From NCBI GenBank assembly GCA_965178125.1, contig OZ237774.1, positions 372,001 through 436,000 on the forward strand: a DNA stretch of 64,000 bases, in the 5' to 3' direction. Below, piece after piece: positions 1-11,994 of the stretch (the stretch's first letter is position 1; the number at the start of each line of letters is the position of its first letter). The notes under the pieces are model-generated. The model did not search any database, was not told where the DNA came from, and saw only the letters and a list, made by a program, of their open reading frames with translations. The stretch is from Bilabrum cf. latius. Lineage: Eukaryota. The position numbers and the translations under genes are program-made.

Positions 1-1
1 G

Positions 2-3000
2 CCGCGCAACGGCACGGACGGTGGCGCTCCTACACCGACCTCTGTGATCGCCTCCCCGCTGATCGGAGACGTTGATCTCCTGATCAACCTCGGGAATGGC
101 GCGGATGACAAGCCACCCACGCTGGGTAACGCGCAGTACAGCTCCACGGCGGCGGGCTCTGCAGACGATCGCATCACGGTCTCCAGCACGGACCAGCAGT
201 GGGCGGAGCATTGCGACCCGCTCCCCGCTGGGGTGCCTTGCAGGGCCCTTGTGTCTGTGTACGGGTTCACGTACCCCAGCGCTTTCTACACTCTATCGGC
301 TTCCAACGCGGGGCGTCAGCTGCTCCCCGGGCAGCCCGTGAGCGGTTCGCTGACGGCGGGGAACTACGACTACTATTCCTTCGCCGTTGGTGAGCCGCAC
401 AAGGTGCAGATCCAGGTGCAGGTCATCAGCGGCGACCCTGACGTCACTGTGAGCGTGACCCAGGAACGCCCCACCATGGAGTCGGGCACCTGGACCGCCG
501 GCTCTTTCGGTGACGATATCGTGACTGTGTATCCCAAGCCCCTTGACCCTCGCGCCTGCGACCCCCCGTGCCGGTACTATGTCGGCGTGTACGCCGCTCT
601 GGGGATGGATGCCAACTACAGGGTGGTGGCTAGCCTGGGCGACCAGGACCCGATCGTGTTGCGGCCGGGGGAACCGGTGACCTCTCACCTGGCCAGACAC
701 GAGGAGAGCCTGTACTCGCTGACTCTGGCAGAAGAGCCGAAGTACGCCTACGTTGACATCAACTTGAGCCCCTCCCTGGGCGATTCGGACCTGTACGTGA
801 GCTTCAACGGAAACAGGCCGGGGCCCGACAACTGGCAGTACAAGTCCACTGCATTCAGCACGGACGATTACGTCAAGATCCACACGTATGACTGGCCGTG
901 GCAGATGTACTGCAGGGGCAAGCCCACCTGCGAGATCCTGCTGACCGTGTACGCCGTCAGCAACACTACGTTCCAGCTGTCTGCCACGCCATCCACCTCG
1001 GCTACCGAGTTGCGCGCGGGCGTGGCCATCTACGACCATGTCGCGGTAGACACGTGGGACTACTTCTCCTTTTAGGTGCCTAAGAGCCCCGCCAGCCAGC
1101 AGCCCGTGGTGACCTTCAGCCTGACTGTATTCATTGGTGACCCCGACATGTACATCGCGTGGGACTACCCGAGGCCCAACGCAACCCACAGCCAGGCCAG
1201 GAGCGCGTCCTCTGGGCTGGCCAAAGACGTCATCATCTTGTACCCCCCGGGACAGAAGGACTCGTCACACGCGCAGAGCTACTGGGAGCTTGCGACCGCG
1301 GTGTCTGGCGTGCAGGGAGGCGATGTTCCCACCCAGGGGTATTCCCCTAGGACCCCTGCTGACCCCACCATGGGGGCCATGGACGCCGTGCAGACGTAGC
1401 TCGAGGCCTAGGGAATGCGCGTGCTGTCCGTCGCGCGGGATGACGGCGTTGTGGGGGCCGGTTCATCGGGCTCCGGTGCTCTGCGCGGGGGCGCGAACCG
1501 GCTGCTTGTGGCGGCGCAGGTGCCCGCACACGATGTCGGCAGTGGGCAGAACTCGGCTCTGCCTCCCCGCGAGCCCGAGCACCCCCTGGGAGCCGTGGGC
1601 ACGGGGTACTGCAGCGTGGTGACGGGTCCCTGTACCTACTACATCGGCGTCACCGGGTACCGCGCCAACGCCTCGTTCGCGATTCTCGCCCGGACGTCGG
1701 CCGCCAACGTGACGCAGCTGCGGGACGGGCAGACCGTGACCGACTTTGTTCCCCAGAAGGAGTACCAGCAGTACGAGCTGAGGGTGTCCGCGGCCGGGGT
1801 GGCAAACGGTGCTGAGCTGTCCGTGACCACGCTGGCGGGTGACGCCGACGTGTTTGTCACCGTGGACGGCAGCCGGCCTTCGATCAGCAACAGGCAGTAC
1901 TACAGCCAGAAGACCGTGGGGCAGGACACGATCTCCATGCGGCCAGGGGACGGGACCTGGGACCAGTGCGGGGCGCAGGAGGGCGGCTGCCGCGTGAGGA
2001 TCGCCGTGTACGGGGCCCAGTCGTCTTGGTACAACCTGGTGGCCAGCATCAGCGGAGGCGCGGCCACTCAGCTGCAGGAAGGGACGCCCGTGGCAGGCTC
2101 GGTGGAGCAGGACAACTACGTCTACTATTCCTTCCAGCCGCTCAACCTGACGTCAGAGGTCGTCATCGAGGTGACCGACCTGGAAGGCGACCCTGATTTC
2201 GTCGTGGGTTCCACCCTCAGCAACCAGACCCGCCCCACGATCGCGGACCACACTTGGGCCTCCCGCGGGTTTGGCAAGGAACTGGTTCAGATCGAGCCCA
2301 CGGATCCCATGGCTTGCGCGCAGGCCAAGTTGGGTCAATCATGCCAGTATTTCATCGGGGTGACTGCGTGGGACGATTCGGCCGATTACTCTATCCTGGC
2401 TCGGACCAAGAGCGGGGTGCTGCAACGGCTGCCGCTTGACGTGCCGTTCACGGGCAACTTGGCGCAAGGGGAGAACCAGTTCTACCAGATGTACCTGCCA
2501 GGCTCACGCGACTTTGTGACGGTGTCTGTCACTTCAACCCAGGGCGACATCGATCTGTTCCTCAAGGGCAACTGGACGGCCCAGTTCAATCAGCAGGACG
2601 CCGAGTTCAGGTCGTTCGCGCAAGGCGACGACGAGATCACGCTGGCGTGGACCGACCCGCGCGTCAAGGACGTCTGCGGGGAGAGGACGGCCAACGCCCA
2701 GTGCCCTTTCAGCGTCCTCGTGTACGGCTTCGACGCCTCTTCGTACACGATCGTGGCTGCGGCAGCGGGCGAGGAGGAGCTGCTGCGGGACGGGTCCTCT
2801 GTCCCTGGCACGCTCCCCGCGGGCAACACATCGTACTACTACTTCAGGGTGCCCGAGTCCCGATCCAAGGCCATCACTCTGACGCTGGTCCGTCTGTCCG
2901 GTGACCCGGACCTCTTTGCGAGCTTCAAGGACAAGCATCCTGACTCGAGCAATGCGCAGTACAGATCGAGAGGCAGCTTCGGTCACGACGTGATCGTGAT

Positions 3001-6000
3001 CCATCCCGACGACGTGAACTACAGCAACTGCACCAGCCCGTGCCGGCTGTGGATCTCCGTAGCGGCCTTTCCGCCGCAGTCAGCTTCGTACCGAATCACT
3101 GCAGACACGGGTCTTGAGCTGCTCAGTGATGGCGAGCCCACCAGCGGGCAGGTGTCCCCGCTTCAGTTCCAGTACTTTGTCGCGTACTCGCCCCCCATGC
3201 ACTTTGGGACCCATCGCAAGGACCTTGTCTTTACATCGTCGACCTCCTCGGGCACAGTGCAGCTGTTCATCAACAACAGGGTACTGCCCAGCTCGCCGCA
3301 GGGCGGGACCATTCCCGATTTGCCCCAGCTGATCACCATGCCAGACGGGTCGTACGCCGTCAACAACAGCGTTTGGTCCAGCGAGCAGACCTTCGGAGGC
3401 GAGAGGGTGGTCATACCGGCCACTGACCCCCACTACACGGACGATGCGCCCTACGTGGTGGGCGTGCTGGGCACGAGCGAGGGCACTGGGTCCCAGTTTA
3501 GTCTGGTGTACGCCACGGCCGGCGAGGCACCCCAGCTCATCTCGGGCCAGCAGCTCGACGGCTCGGTGGGGCTGCGGGAGTACGCCTACTTCCGGGTTGT
3601 GGTGACCTCCACGACGGATGACGTGTGGCTGACGCTGACCACGTTCAACGGAGACGCCGATCTGATCGCCAGCGTGACTGCCTCCAACCCGAGGCCCACG
3701 CGCTTCAACGCCGATTTCGTGTCACAGAGCCGGTTCAACGACACGATCTACATTCAGTCCGAGGACCTGAAGGAATGCGAAGAGCAGGAGCAGAAGGGAC
3801 AGGCGGTCAGGTGCGAGGTGCACGTGGGTGTATACGGCTTCGAGGCGGCCTCTTTCGCCATCATGGCAAGCGTGGGGCCGCTCCCGGAGAGCATCCTGCA
3901 GGACGGGGAGCCGCAGACGGGGTCCGTCGCACGCAATGGGCGCGCGTATTACGTGGCTTACGTGGATGTGGCTGACGGCGAGGAATACTCCGTGCAGCTG
4001 GTACCCACGAGCGGTGACGCGGACATCTTCGTGCTGGTGGACGCCCCCCCGGGCATCCATGCGAGCCCCACCAACTACACTTTCGAGAGCCAGAGCTACG
4101 GCGGGGAGGACGTGGTGCACATTGGGCCGTTCTCGGGGAAGAACTATAGGACGAGGACGAGGCTCGGCGTGACCGTGCGCGGGTACACTGCGAGTGAGTA
4201 CACGGTGCTGTACTCGAGCCAGAACGTCATCTCCAGGCTGTTGGATGGGACTGCTCAGTACGGCAACGTGGCGCAGGCCGAGTACCGGTACTACAAGATA
4301 GCCGTTGACCACCGCGGGGACACGCTTACCATCAGCACGTCCGATTTCTCGGGCGATGTTGAGCTATACGTGAACGTGCAGGGGACGGGTGGGCGCAGGT
4401 CCTGGCCTACTAGGGGCAACTCGACCTGGGCCTCGCAGGCCTTCGGGGACGACCGTGTGACAATTGGAAACGCGCTGTCGTACTGTCCCGCGGAGCTCCA
4501 GTCGACTGGTTGCAACTTCATCATCGGGGTGTACGGCTGGCGCGAGTCTTCGTACGCGATCACCGCCACGACGGGCAACACCGTGGTGACTCGCCTGGCG
4601 GACGGAGTGCCGGCCCGCGGCTCCGGCAAGGTGAACGAGTACCGGTACTACCAGTTCGCAGGACCACCGGGCAACGATTACTCCATCTCGATCGCTGCCA
4701 CGGTGACGCAGGGAGCCGTGGGTATCTACGTGACGAACGCGTTCAACTCGTGGGACGTGAATTCGCTCCCTTCCAAGGACCACTGGACGTGGTCGACCGA
4801 CGACCCCTCCAACCCGGGAGGCAGGTCGGGCGTGTTCATCCCAGCCAATGACACCAAGCGGCCCGCCAGTGGACTCTACGGCATCGCGGTGCTGACCAAG
4901 ACCGTGGAGGCCGATTTCACGCTGGCTGCCACAACCGATGAGGACGCCATGACGCTCCGCAGCGGCGTGCCCTCCCCCCGTCGGGTGGTGCAGTACAGGG
5001 GCGAGACCCAGCACTTCACCCTGCAGGACCCAATCCAAGACAACAACATAGTCCTGAGCCTAAACGTGTTCTCCGGAGAGGCCTACATCCTCCTCAACCG
5101 AAGGGAGCCGCAGACCATATCCGACGCGCCCCACTGCACTCCCGGCGGGCCACCCGGCAGCACCAACCCGCCAGACTGCAGGAACGCCACATGGGCCACC
5201 ACTAACCCGGAGCAGAAACTCCTGCAGGTGGACAGCAGCAACCCCTGCGCCAACGCCCAGCGGCCCCCCGTAGCGCCAGCCACCTGCAATCCATCGGTGG
5301 ATTTCGCGCCCGGCCGTTACTGGGTAGGGGTGTACAGCGAGCAGCCCGGCACGACCTACTCCATCACCGCACTCGTCAGCGGCACAAACACCCTCGAGCC
5401 CGGTGTTCCCCAGGGAGGGGTTGCGTCTGCCGCATCGCCCGGGTACTTTGTGTTCTCCGTGGTGGACGACCAGAGCAAGTCCGACGTGAGGATCGCGGTC
5501 ACCAAGACCGACCCGGGGACTGGCGAGCCGAGCCAGGGGGCGCAGGACCTCGTTTTCTACGTGGCGTCCTGCCGCGCCAACGCGTGCACGGACCAGGACC
5601 AGCACCCGAGCGCAAGTCACCACACGCTGGTGCAGGGAGTGTCAGACACCGTGGGCGAGCTCGTGATTCCCAAGACCAGCCCCGCCTATTGCGACTCCAC
5701 AGACGGCAGGTGCCAGTACTATGTGGGCGTGGTGCCTGCATGCAGCGGCGGAGACGACTGCACCGCGCAGTTCACGATCGAGGCGGACGTGCAGTCCGGT
5801 GGTGCGCAAACAGCGCCGGTGTCCTTCGACCGCACGGACCACCGGGTGGCACAGCTCCCCGGGTCTGTCAGGAGCGGCGAAAGTTCCCTGTTCGAGTTCT
5901 ACCTGCAGCATGGGACCTCAGGTGACGGCAATGTGAGGATGGACATCCAGGCCTGTGCGGGCGGGTACCCCGCTCTGTACGTGTGCGACCCGGCCGCCTC

Positions 6001-7105
6001 GGGGCGTCACTGCGACGATCCGTTCACGCCCAGCAAGAGCTCCAACACCGCGGGGGTGGACCTTGACCCCAACTCCGGAGGGGGATCCCCCTCGGGGGTG
6101 GTGGGGGTGGGCACCCTCCAGCTGGGGGCATCCGCCGCCAACGCTCTGTATGCTGCCGTTGCGGGCCCCTCCTCGTCCGTGTCTGAATTTGAGCTGTCTG
6201 CCAGCGTGGGGCAGGCGTACTACCTCTCAAGACCGTCGGACGCATCGGTGCAGGTTGAGTCAGACGGTTCACTTACCATTGCTGTGTCTTGGAAGGGTGC
6301 CCAGGTGGCCAAACAGGACGGATCCGATCCGATCCCCGGTAAGGGGGTCAAGTACACGGTGTTCGCAGTGCCCAAGGCCGAGGGCTACAACGGAGCGGTT
6401 GCAACCACCGGGTGCGGCCTGGCCTCGTTTGTTCCCCCGCAGGACGCGACGGGCGCCGTGGTGCTGGAAGTCGAAGACAGGGACGCGACGTCTGTGACGG
6501 TGGGAGGCCTCGCGGGGGAGACCGAGTACGAGGTCAGGGTTTCGGCGCTGTGCGACAGCACCTGCTGGTCGCAGACGCTGGAGCCCTTGGTCGCAACAGC
6601 GGCCAGGGAACAAGGCCTCGCGGGTAACGGCCGGGTGCTCAGCGCATCCGATCGGAGCCGCCTTGTGAGGCATTTGCTGCCATCGCGGGAGTCCTTGCAT
6701 CTGGAGGCCATGGATCCGGGGCGGAGGGCGAGGGTGACAAGGCGCGTGCTGCAGGGGGGCGGTTCGGGCTCGTAGGAGGACCAGAGGGTGGCTCTGGACG
6801 CGGCGGTCGCAACTACCGGCAAGGCGGTTCCCCCGCCGAGCTAGCCCACTGGGCTGAGCGGGGGCGCGATCGCGGGGATTGCCGTGACGGTGGTGGCAGT
6901 TGTGGCGGCGATCGCCTATGGCGTGTACAGGTACCGGAAGCAGGACGAAAACACGGTGCAGTACGCCGCGTACGACGCCTCTGGTGCCATGGACACGCTT
7001 GCTGTCCCCACTGCGGGGTACGCTTAGCTGGAGGATGACGGTTCGTTTGCGGGGGGGGTCGGGCACTACAGGCCGCCCTCGGATGGGGTGGGGTCGTTAA
7101 ATTGA
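2..7105 (+). CDS. Large (>2,300 aa, 5'-partial) single-pass cell-surface protein with many tandem PPC-like (pre-peptidase C-terminal) beta-sandwich repeats, an FN3-like module, a TM helix and a short Tyr-containing tail
   Basis: ORFs 44-1075, 1076-1399, 1415-6775 and the downstream segment share one frame, broken only by TAG (1073, 1397, 1409, 6773, 6842, 7025); first TGA at 7103-7105. The motif GD(P/A)D(L/I)(Y/F)V...P...GDD.(I/V).I repeats throughout. The TM helix LSGGAIAGIAVTVVAVVAAIAYGVY-RYRK lies after the TAG at 6842. Confidence 0.8.
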
Positions 7106-7609
7106 TTCCGAGTCGGGAGTGAGCGATTGATTGAGGGGAAAGTCGGGCAGGGATGGGAGGGGCGGATGGGAGGGGCGGATGGGTGAAGGCAGCTGGAGAT
7201 GATGGATGCAGGTGACTGTGGGTGCATTGATGCCAGTGTGTGTTCCTGGGCGGGTCTGCCTTACTTTGCTGCGGTCTCTTTATTCGCATTGCGACAGACC
7301 AGTTTCTTCAGTTAAAGATATCCCGGGGTGCGCGACCAGATGGAAAGCTGGCGGGGCCGACTGCGGGAAGTCGGTCGCTGGCGGCATGTCTGGTGCGATT
7401 CTGGGGCGGCTTTCGCGAGCGTAGTGATTTGCAGTACGTACGCCATTATGATGAATCCCCCCGTAGTACAATGTACCGCCCCATAGGACGTGAAGTCGCA
7501 CGTTTATCGATGACGTCGCAAATAAGGTTGCGTGTACTTTCTGGTATAAATCAAACCATGTGTTTTCGTGCGCTCGCTCATTCCTAGTTTCAATTAATCA
7601 GGCTATACC

Positions 7610-8542
7610 ATGGATCTTGGAGCTATGATGCGTGCTTTGGGCGGAGGCGGTGGGCCCCAGCTAGGCAGCGATGCTCCCATGCCGGATACCGCCGAGACAG
7701 TATACATCTCGTCCATGGCGCTGCTGAAGATGATCAAGCACGGACGCTCAGGGGTACCCTTCGAGGTCATGGGGCTCATGCTTGGTTCATTTGTAGATGA
7801 TTACACGGTTCGAGTGGTAGATGTGTTCGCAATGCCTTAGCGGGGAACTTCCATGAGCGTGGAAGCAGTTGACGAAGAGTTTCAAGTGGACATGATGGAA
7901 ATGCTCAAGCGAACCGGCAGAGGAGAAGCTGTCGTCGGATGGTACCATTCACACCCCGGATGGGATGTGTGGCTGTCAGGCGTCGACATGAAGACCCAGA
8001 AAGCGTTCGAGACGCAGGCGCCCCGCAGCGTCGCCGTCGTCGTGGATCCCATCCTCAGCGTCAAGGGCAAGGTCGTTATCGACGCGTTCCGGCTCATCCC
8101 CGATCAAATTGCAATGGCAGGCCTCCCGCCAAGGCAGACTACTTCCGTGCTGGGCCACCTGAAGAAGCCCTCGCTCCGCGCGCTCATGCACGGCCTCAAC
8201 AAGCACTACTACAACATGGCCATCAGCTTCCGGAGGCACGAGATCGAGGAGCGCATGCTCCTGAATCTCAACAGGCCCTCGTGGTCCGACGGCCTGCAGC
8301 TGGGCCGCTTCGAGGACGCCGAGAAGCACACCACCAAGGGCTTGGAGAGGATGGTGCCACTCTTGGAGCAGTACGCGAAGGACGTCCGGGTGAAGGAGGA
8401 GGACATGAGCACCGATGAGATGGCGGTGGCAAAGGCAGGCAAGGTGGACGCCCGCAGGGAGCTCACCAGCACGGTGCGCGACGTGCTGGGCCACAACGTG
8501 CTGCAGTGCATGGGCGCGATGCTGTCCTCGGTGGCATTCTGA
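7610..8542 (+). CDS. RPN11: 26S proteasome lid deubiquitinase Rpn11/PSMD14 (JAMM/MPN+)
   Basis: [34 protein letters not shown]...VVDVFAMP[TAG][11 protein letters not shown]...[10 protein letters not shown]. The TAG at 7838-7840 sits at the Q of the conserved AMPQ. Ends in TGA. Confidence 0.97.
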
Positions 8543-8773
8543 GCGGCACAACGCCTTCGCTGCGCTTGGTGGGAGCAGCCGACGATCCGTTGCATTTCAA
8601 CTTCCTTTGGATATCCGCCTACATAGTAAAACAAACTGATCATGATAGTACTACGCACTAATTTACTTGATTCCCAACCAGAGGCCTCTGGACTCTACTT
8701 TGCAAACACTCCCGTGTCATCTCACGAACCCATGCCCCCATGGCGTATGCCCCACTCAGGAAATCATGCCGCT

Positions 8774-10346
8774 TCATACGCCATGACTCCTCTTCCCCTG
8801 CTGCTGCATGTGAACGGCTTGCAGAAGCGCCTGCGTCCCGGCGCCACGCTGCTGGGCACCACCCGGGCGGGCGGATCCGGAGCCGATTTCCGGCAGGTTG
8901 GCCAGCGCGGCGTCCACGGGAGCGGAACCGGAGGAGCTCGAGGCCTGGGGCGCCATTCCCGAAGATGAAGATCCCCGGTGCGCCACACCTCCGGCGATGG
9001 CCTTCCGCTGGGACCCCTGGACGGCTGCGGCGGCGGCGGCGGCGGCAGCGGCGGCGGCGGCTGCGGGGGTGTGGCCTGGTGTGTGGGCTCTGGCCCGTGG
9101 CGCAGCGGGACTCCTGCCCGCGCCTGCGGCCTCAGTGGCACCCCGCTGCACCGCGTACGCGGAGTTGACGTGCGATGCCGTGTGCTGTGCCGTGCTCAGG
9201 CCAGCCTGCCTCCGGAGCTCGAGGTTGTCTCGCTCGAGATTCGCCGTGCGGGTCTCCAGCTGGTCCACCCTGGTCGCAAGTGTCCGTTGAGTTTCGGCCA
9301 TGTTGATGAGCATGGTGCGGAGCTCGACGATCTTGGCAGCGCGCTGCTCCGATGTGAGGCTCCCGAGATCGAACCCGAGAGTGCCACCGCTGGCCGAGTT
9401 GGCAGCCGCCGCAGCCCCGGCCGCAGCCGCTTGGGAGGCAGCCTGGGAAGCCGACGAGGAGGTTGGCATGGCCACGGGCCCGCGTGCCGCCACGGTGGCC
9501 GCTTCAGCCGCGGCCCTGAGCGCCTGCTGCGCCCCGGTTCCGGTACTGTTGCTCGCCCCGCTGCTGCTCCCGAGCAGTGCCGCGAAACCGGCGGCAGCCG
9601 TGTCACCGGCCTGCTTCTGCTTCGCAAGGGCGCGTTCCGCGGCAGAAATGCGCTTTCTGCGGAACGTGCGGAGGACGTTCGCCTGGACACCGCGGTAGAA
9701 GCTCGGATGCCGGAACTCGCTGCTCTTGGAATCGTCCAGGGCCCGCTTCTTGAAACCGTACATGTGCAGCTGGCGTACGAACGAGCTGTAGTTCTTGTGC
9801 TTGAAGAAATGACCAAGTACCTCATTCGCGAAATTATCTGGCTGCGGGAGCGGGGCAAAGCAGAGCTGGATGGGTGCCACTGAGCTTGGTTGTTGCTCGT
9901 TGGTTGGCCAGCGTCACTAGCTCGGATCTTCCGACCACCACAGGCAAACGTTGCAACAGAAGGATAAGCCAAGCATTATTAAATCCTCCACATGGTGCTC
10001 GCATTTGAAGACTTGGAGCGATGGCTAAACGCGTGGCTACGGAGAGAACCGTCATGAAAGCACGGTCGTGGTTCGGTGACCACTGCAACAGCCTTTATCC
10101 GGTTCAACCACCACTACTCACGTCTTTAACAATCACTGCATCACCCCTGTCGCTCCATGTAATGTAGGGGGTCCAGTCTGGGTTGTCGAGGATGCGCACG
10201 AGCTTCGAAAGGAACGGCGCAACCGCGCCGTCCGAATCTCCTTCCATTGGAGCATTTTGCACGGCTCCCGCCGGTCCTCCGATCCCTGCACTGTCGTCAC
10301 CTTCCGTTCTACGGCGTTTACGCGATTGACCGATCTTGCCTGACAT
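8774..10346 (-). CDS. Heat-shock-factor-type transcription factor (HSF DNA-binding domain plus coiled coil); exons 10346-10122 and 9841-8774
   Basis: APFLSKLVRILDNP...ITWSDRGDAVIVKD|PDNFANEVLGHFFKHKNYSSFVRQLHMYGFKK...EFRHPSF. A phase-0 GTGAGT...CAG intron (10121-9842) joins the domain in frame; a heptad region follows. Confidence 0.92.
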
Positions 10347-10504
10347 GTTTGATCTATAGATGAACGCTTGAGCCTGGTGAACTGGACTCGATTCTGCGCG
10401 ATTCGTTTGGAAAATCAGATTTTGATATTAAAGTAATGTGGTGTTTCACCCGTTATCCGGAATTCCGAATTCTGATTTCAATTTGTCATTTCGACACCAC
10501 AAAC

Positions 10505-11764
10505 ATGCACGCTGATGATGTAGGTGCATTGTGCGAGTATCCTGGTTGCGGATAGAGGGATTTTCTACCGGTGAGATGTGAGTCATGTGGAAGATACTTC
10601 TGCAAAGAGCATGCACCGGCAAGAGGGAGCAACTGCTGCGAGAATGGCCTGGATGCGTCAGTGCGCGCTAGGCTGAAGCCGCCAGCAGTTCCCATTCATG
10701 TTTCATCAATATCAGAGCCTCCATCCGCTGGTGCGGATGACAGGCTAGCTGCAGTCAAATCTCTGTCCGGTGTCTTTCATGAGATTGAGGAAAGGCGCGC
10801 TGCAGCGCTTGGGAAAGGCCCAGCGTCGACCTAGGCCTCTACTGTGGCGTCGCGTGAAGGAACTGGCCCGACACTACCTGCAACAAAAGCGCTACGCGCC
10901 TCGAGACCTGCTAGCTCGGCCGCAGCTGCCATCGCTGCAGCCGGCACCCGCAGCGGCAAATCTGTCGCCCGGTCCCAGGCGAAAATGGAAGCAAACGCCG
11001 CGCTGGGCTGCGACGGAACCCCTCTCACACCAGACTTGGAGAAGAAGCGCGACAGGGCGCGCGCTCTCCTTCTGTCCAAGCGGAGCCGAGCCGCGAGCAG
11101 CACCCTGCGGCTCGTCCCCGAATCGAAGCGGTTCGTGATTCGATTCCGAGTCTGGCAACCGCTCAGGACCGCAGGGACGGAGGGAGTTCCAAGCAGCAGG
11201 GGCGGCGGGCGCGTGATCGGCAAGAGCAGGCGAGCACGGGCCGGGGCAAGTGCTCGGAGCAGCAGATCCAGCGGTGCCATCGCTGGGGCTGGGGCTGCAA
11301 GCGGAGGGGCGGGGGCAAGTATAAGGGAAGGGGAGGGGGAAGGATGCGGTCCTTCTGGGGAGGTGTGCGTGTGCTTTGACGCGGGCTGGAAGGTGTCCCG
11401 GTGCCAGGAGTGGCTGCTGCAGCACAGGTGCATCGCACTGCAGGGAGGGGTGCTAGGTAGGGAGGACTACCATCGGCTCCGGATGGGTGCACTGCGCGGG
11501 GGTGCAGATGCCGTGGTTAGATCGAGTGCCGGGGCTGGGGCTGGGGTTGGGGCTGACAAGAGCACGGAATAGGCGGCCAAGTTCGCCTTCTCGGACTCAA
11601 CAGGCAAAGGTGCGGCGGCAGCGCCGCTGGAAACTGCAGCTGCAACACACGAAGGTGCGATCGTGCTACCTCAGGACAGCACGCTGCAGCAACTGAACAA
11701 AGCAGGGGCGGTGTTCAGCGGCTGCTCGCTGGACGTGTGGCTGCATGCTGCCCCGGAGTCTTAA
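10505..11764 (+). CDS. AN1-type zinc-finger protein (ZFAND1/Cuz1-like)
   Basis: MHADDVGALCEYPGCG[TAG]RDFLPVRCESCGRYFCKEH matches the AN1 motif C..C.Q.DFLP..C..C...FC..H. The frame continues through TAGs at 10553, 10832 and 11570 to TAA at 11762-11764. Confidence 0.82.
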
Positions 11765-11994
11765 TCCAGCGCGTAGATCTAGAATTCTAGATCTAGCCTA
11801 GAGTCTAGTCTAGTTGTTTGTTCCCTAGTTGGAAACCTGGTATTTCGCCTAGAGGTAGATGATACGGTCGGCTACCGCGGTGCAACGTGTGCTTGATTTC
11901 ATGCGAATTGCCTACAGATGGATGATATGATATGAAAGCGCCAATGATTGCTGCATCCGATGCCAAGGAACTAGCATGTGGCATGACCCAAATC

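Noticed and set aside
10455-10475. Heat-shock element in the HSF/ZFAND shared promoter (GGAATTCCGAATTC)
   Set aside because: GAA/TTC spacing does not fit the canonical nGAAnnTTCnnGAAn register.
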